From Chloroflexota bacterium (GTDB lineage Bacteria > Chloroflexota > Anaerolineae > Anaerolineales > UBA4823): a stretch of DNA of 41,824 nucleotides. Made by a program: the position numbers and the translations under genes. Location of the stretch: assembly GCA_012798185.1 (NCBI GenBank), contig JAAZNS010000508.1, positions 1-41,824 of the forward strand. The letters are read 5' to 3'. The notes under the pieces were generated by a model. The model was not told where the DNA came from, made no database searches, and was given only the letters and a program-made list of their open reading frames with translations. Positions 41,604 to 41,824 of this stretch are shown piece by piece (position 1 is the first letter of the stretch; each line of letters opens with the position of its first letter).

Positions 41604-41700
41604 GTTTTTTTAGTGTTTCCAATGATACTTCAAGCCTCAAGATGCGGGAAGGGGAGGAAAATTGAGGATCGAAAATGGAAAAATCTGAGTGGGTAATGAT

Positions 41701-41750
41701 AATTCATGCATTGCAAGAATTGCGCCGTTCATAGTGTCAATTCATGAATT
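41701..41750. promoter_or_regulatory. Two AATTCATG-containing palindromic sites (AATTCATGCATT 41701-41712; perfect palindrome AATTCATGAATT 41739-41750) about 100-150 bp upstream of the membrane-protein operon
   Basis: Direct reading of the sequence. An operator function is speculative. Confidence 0.25.
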
Positions 41751-41824
41751 ACCCTAGGCACGCCATCCTTAGTTTTCGATCAGCGATGAATATAGGGAAA
41801 TAAATTCCGCAACTACCACTAAGC

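Noticed and set aside
1-41824. Prophage, integrative element or defence-island interpretation of the window
   Set aside because: I recognised no integrase, transposase, reverse transcriptase, cas, restriction-modification, toxin-antitoxin or phage structural genes. The only selfish-looking elements are the small repeats and the GxxExxY cassette.

Overview
The window is a chromosomal segment that appears to be from a Chloroflexi (Anaerolineae-like) bacterium. That origin is an inference from the Chlor_Arch_YYY/DUF2298 giant membrane proteins and the overall gene content. ORF-track coordinates include the stop codon.

Gene order:
- 1-3662 (+): a HutC/GntR regulator (5' partial), an FGGY sugar kinase and a sphingosine-1-phosphate-lyase-like PLP enzyme.
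- 3663-4104: a repeat-dense convergent intergenic region.
- 4105-11610: a two-TM helical protein (-), XdhC, an atypical long transketolase-like protein, a decayed region, a lipoprotein esterase and an alpha/beta hydrolase (all +).
- 11682-14387 (-): a class-I glutamine amidotransferase, an M28 peptidase broken by two in-frame TAA codons, and mgsA.
- 14626-24813 (-): a signalling operon in the order receiver, lipoprotein SBP, Cache/HAMP/PAS kinase, 7TMR-DISM/5xPAS kinase, REC-PAS-GAFx3-HD-GYP.
- 25473-28783 (-): an alpha/alpha-toroid-like hypothetical, two tandem PlsC-type acyltransferases and cmk.
- 28855-41603 (-): four giant GT-C-like/DUF2298 polytopic membrane proteins, about 3,900 aa in total. 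The cluster is interrupted by a GxxExxY (PD-(D/E)XK-like) gene bounded by inverted repeats, with two gene-less 149-bp derivatives beside it.

Most notable signals:
- The uncharacterised GT-C/YYY membrane-protein operon.
- Four nonsense-only, frame-preserving interruptions (3 TAA, 1 TAG) in three otherwise motif-intact minus-strand genes within about 8.6 kb.
- The TIR-bounded GxxExxY element array.
- A 114-bp nested-palindrome repeat family with three copies, all lying 3' of genes.

I did not recognise any rRNA, tRNA, cas, integrase, transposase or reverse-transcriptase genes.
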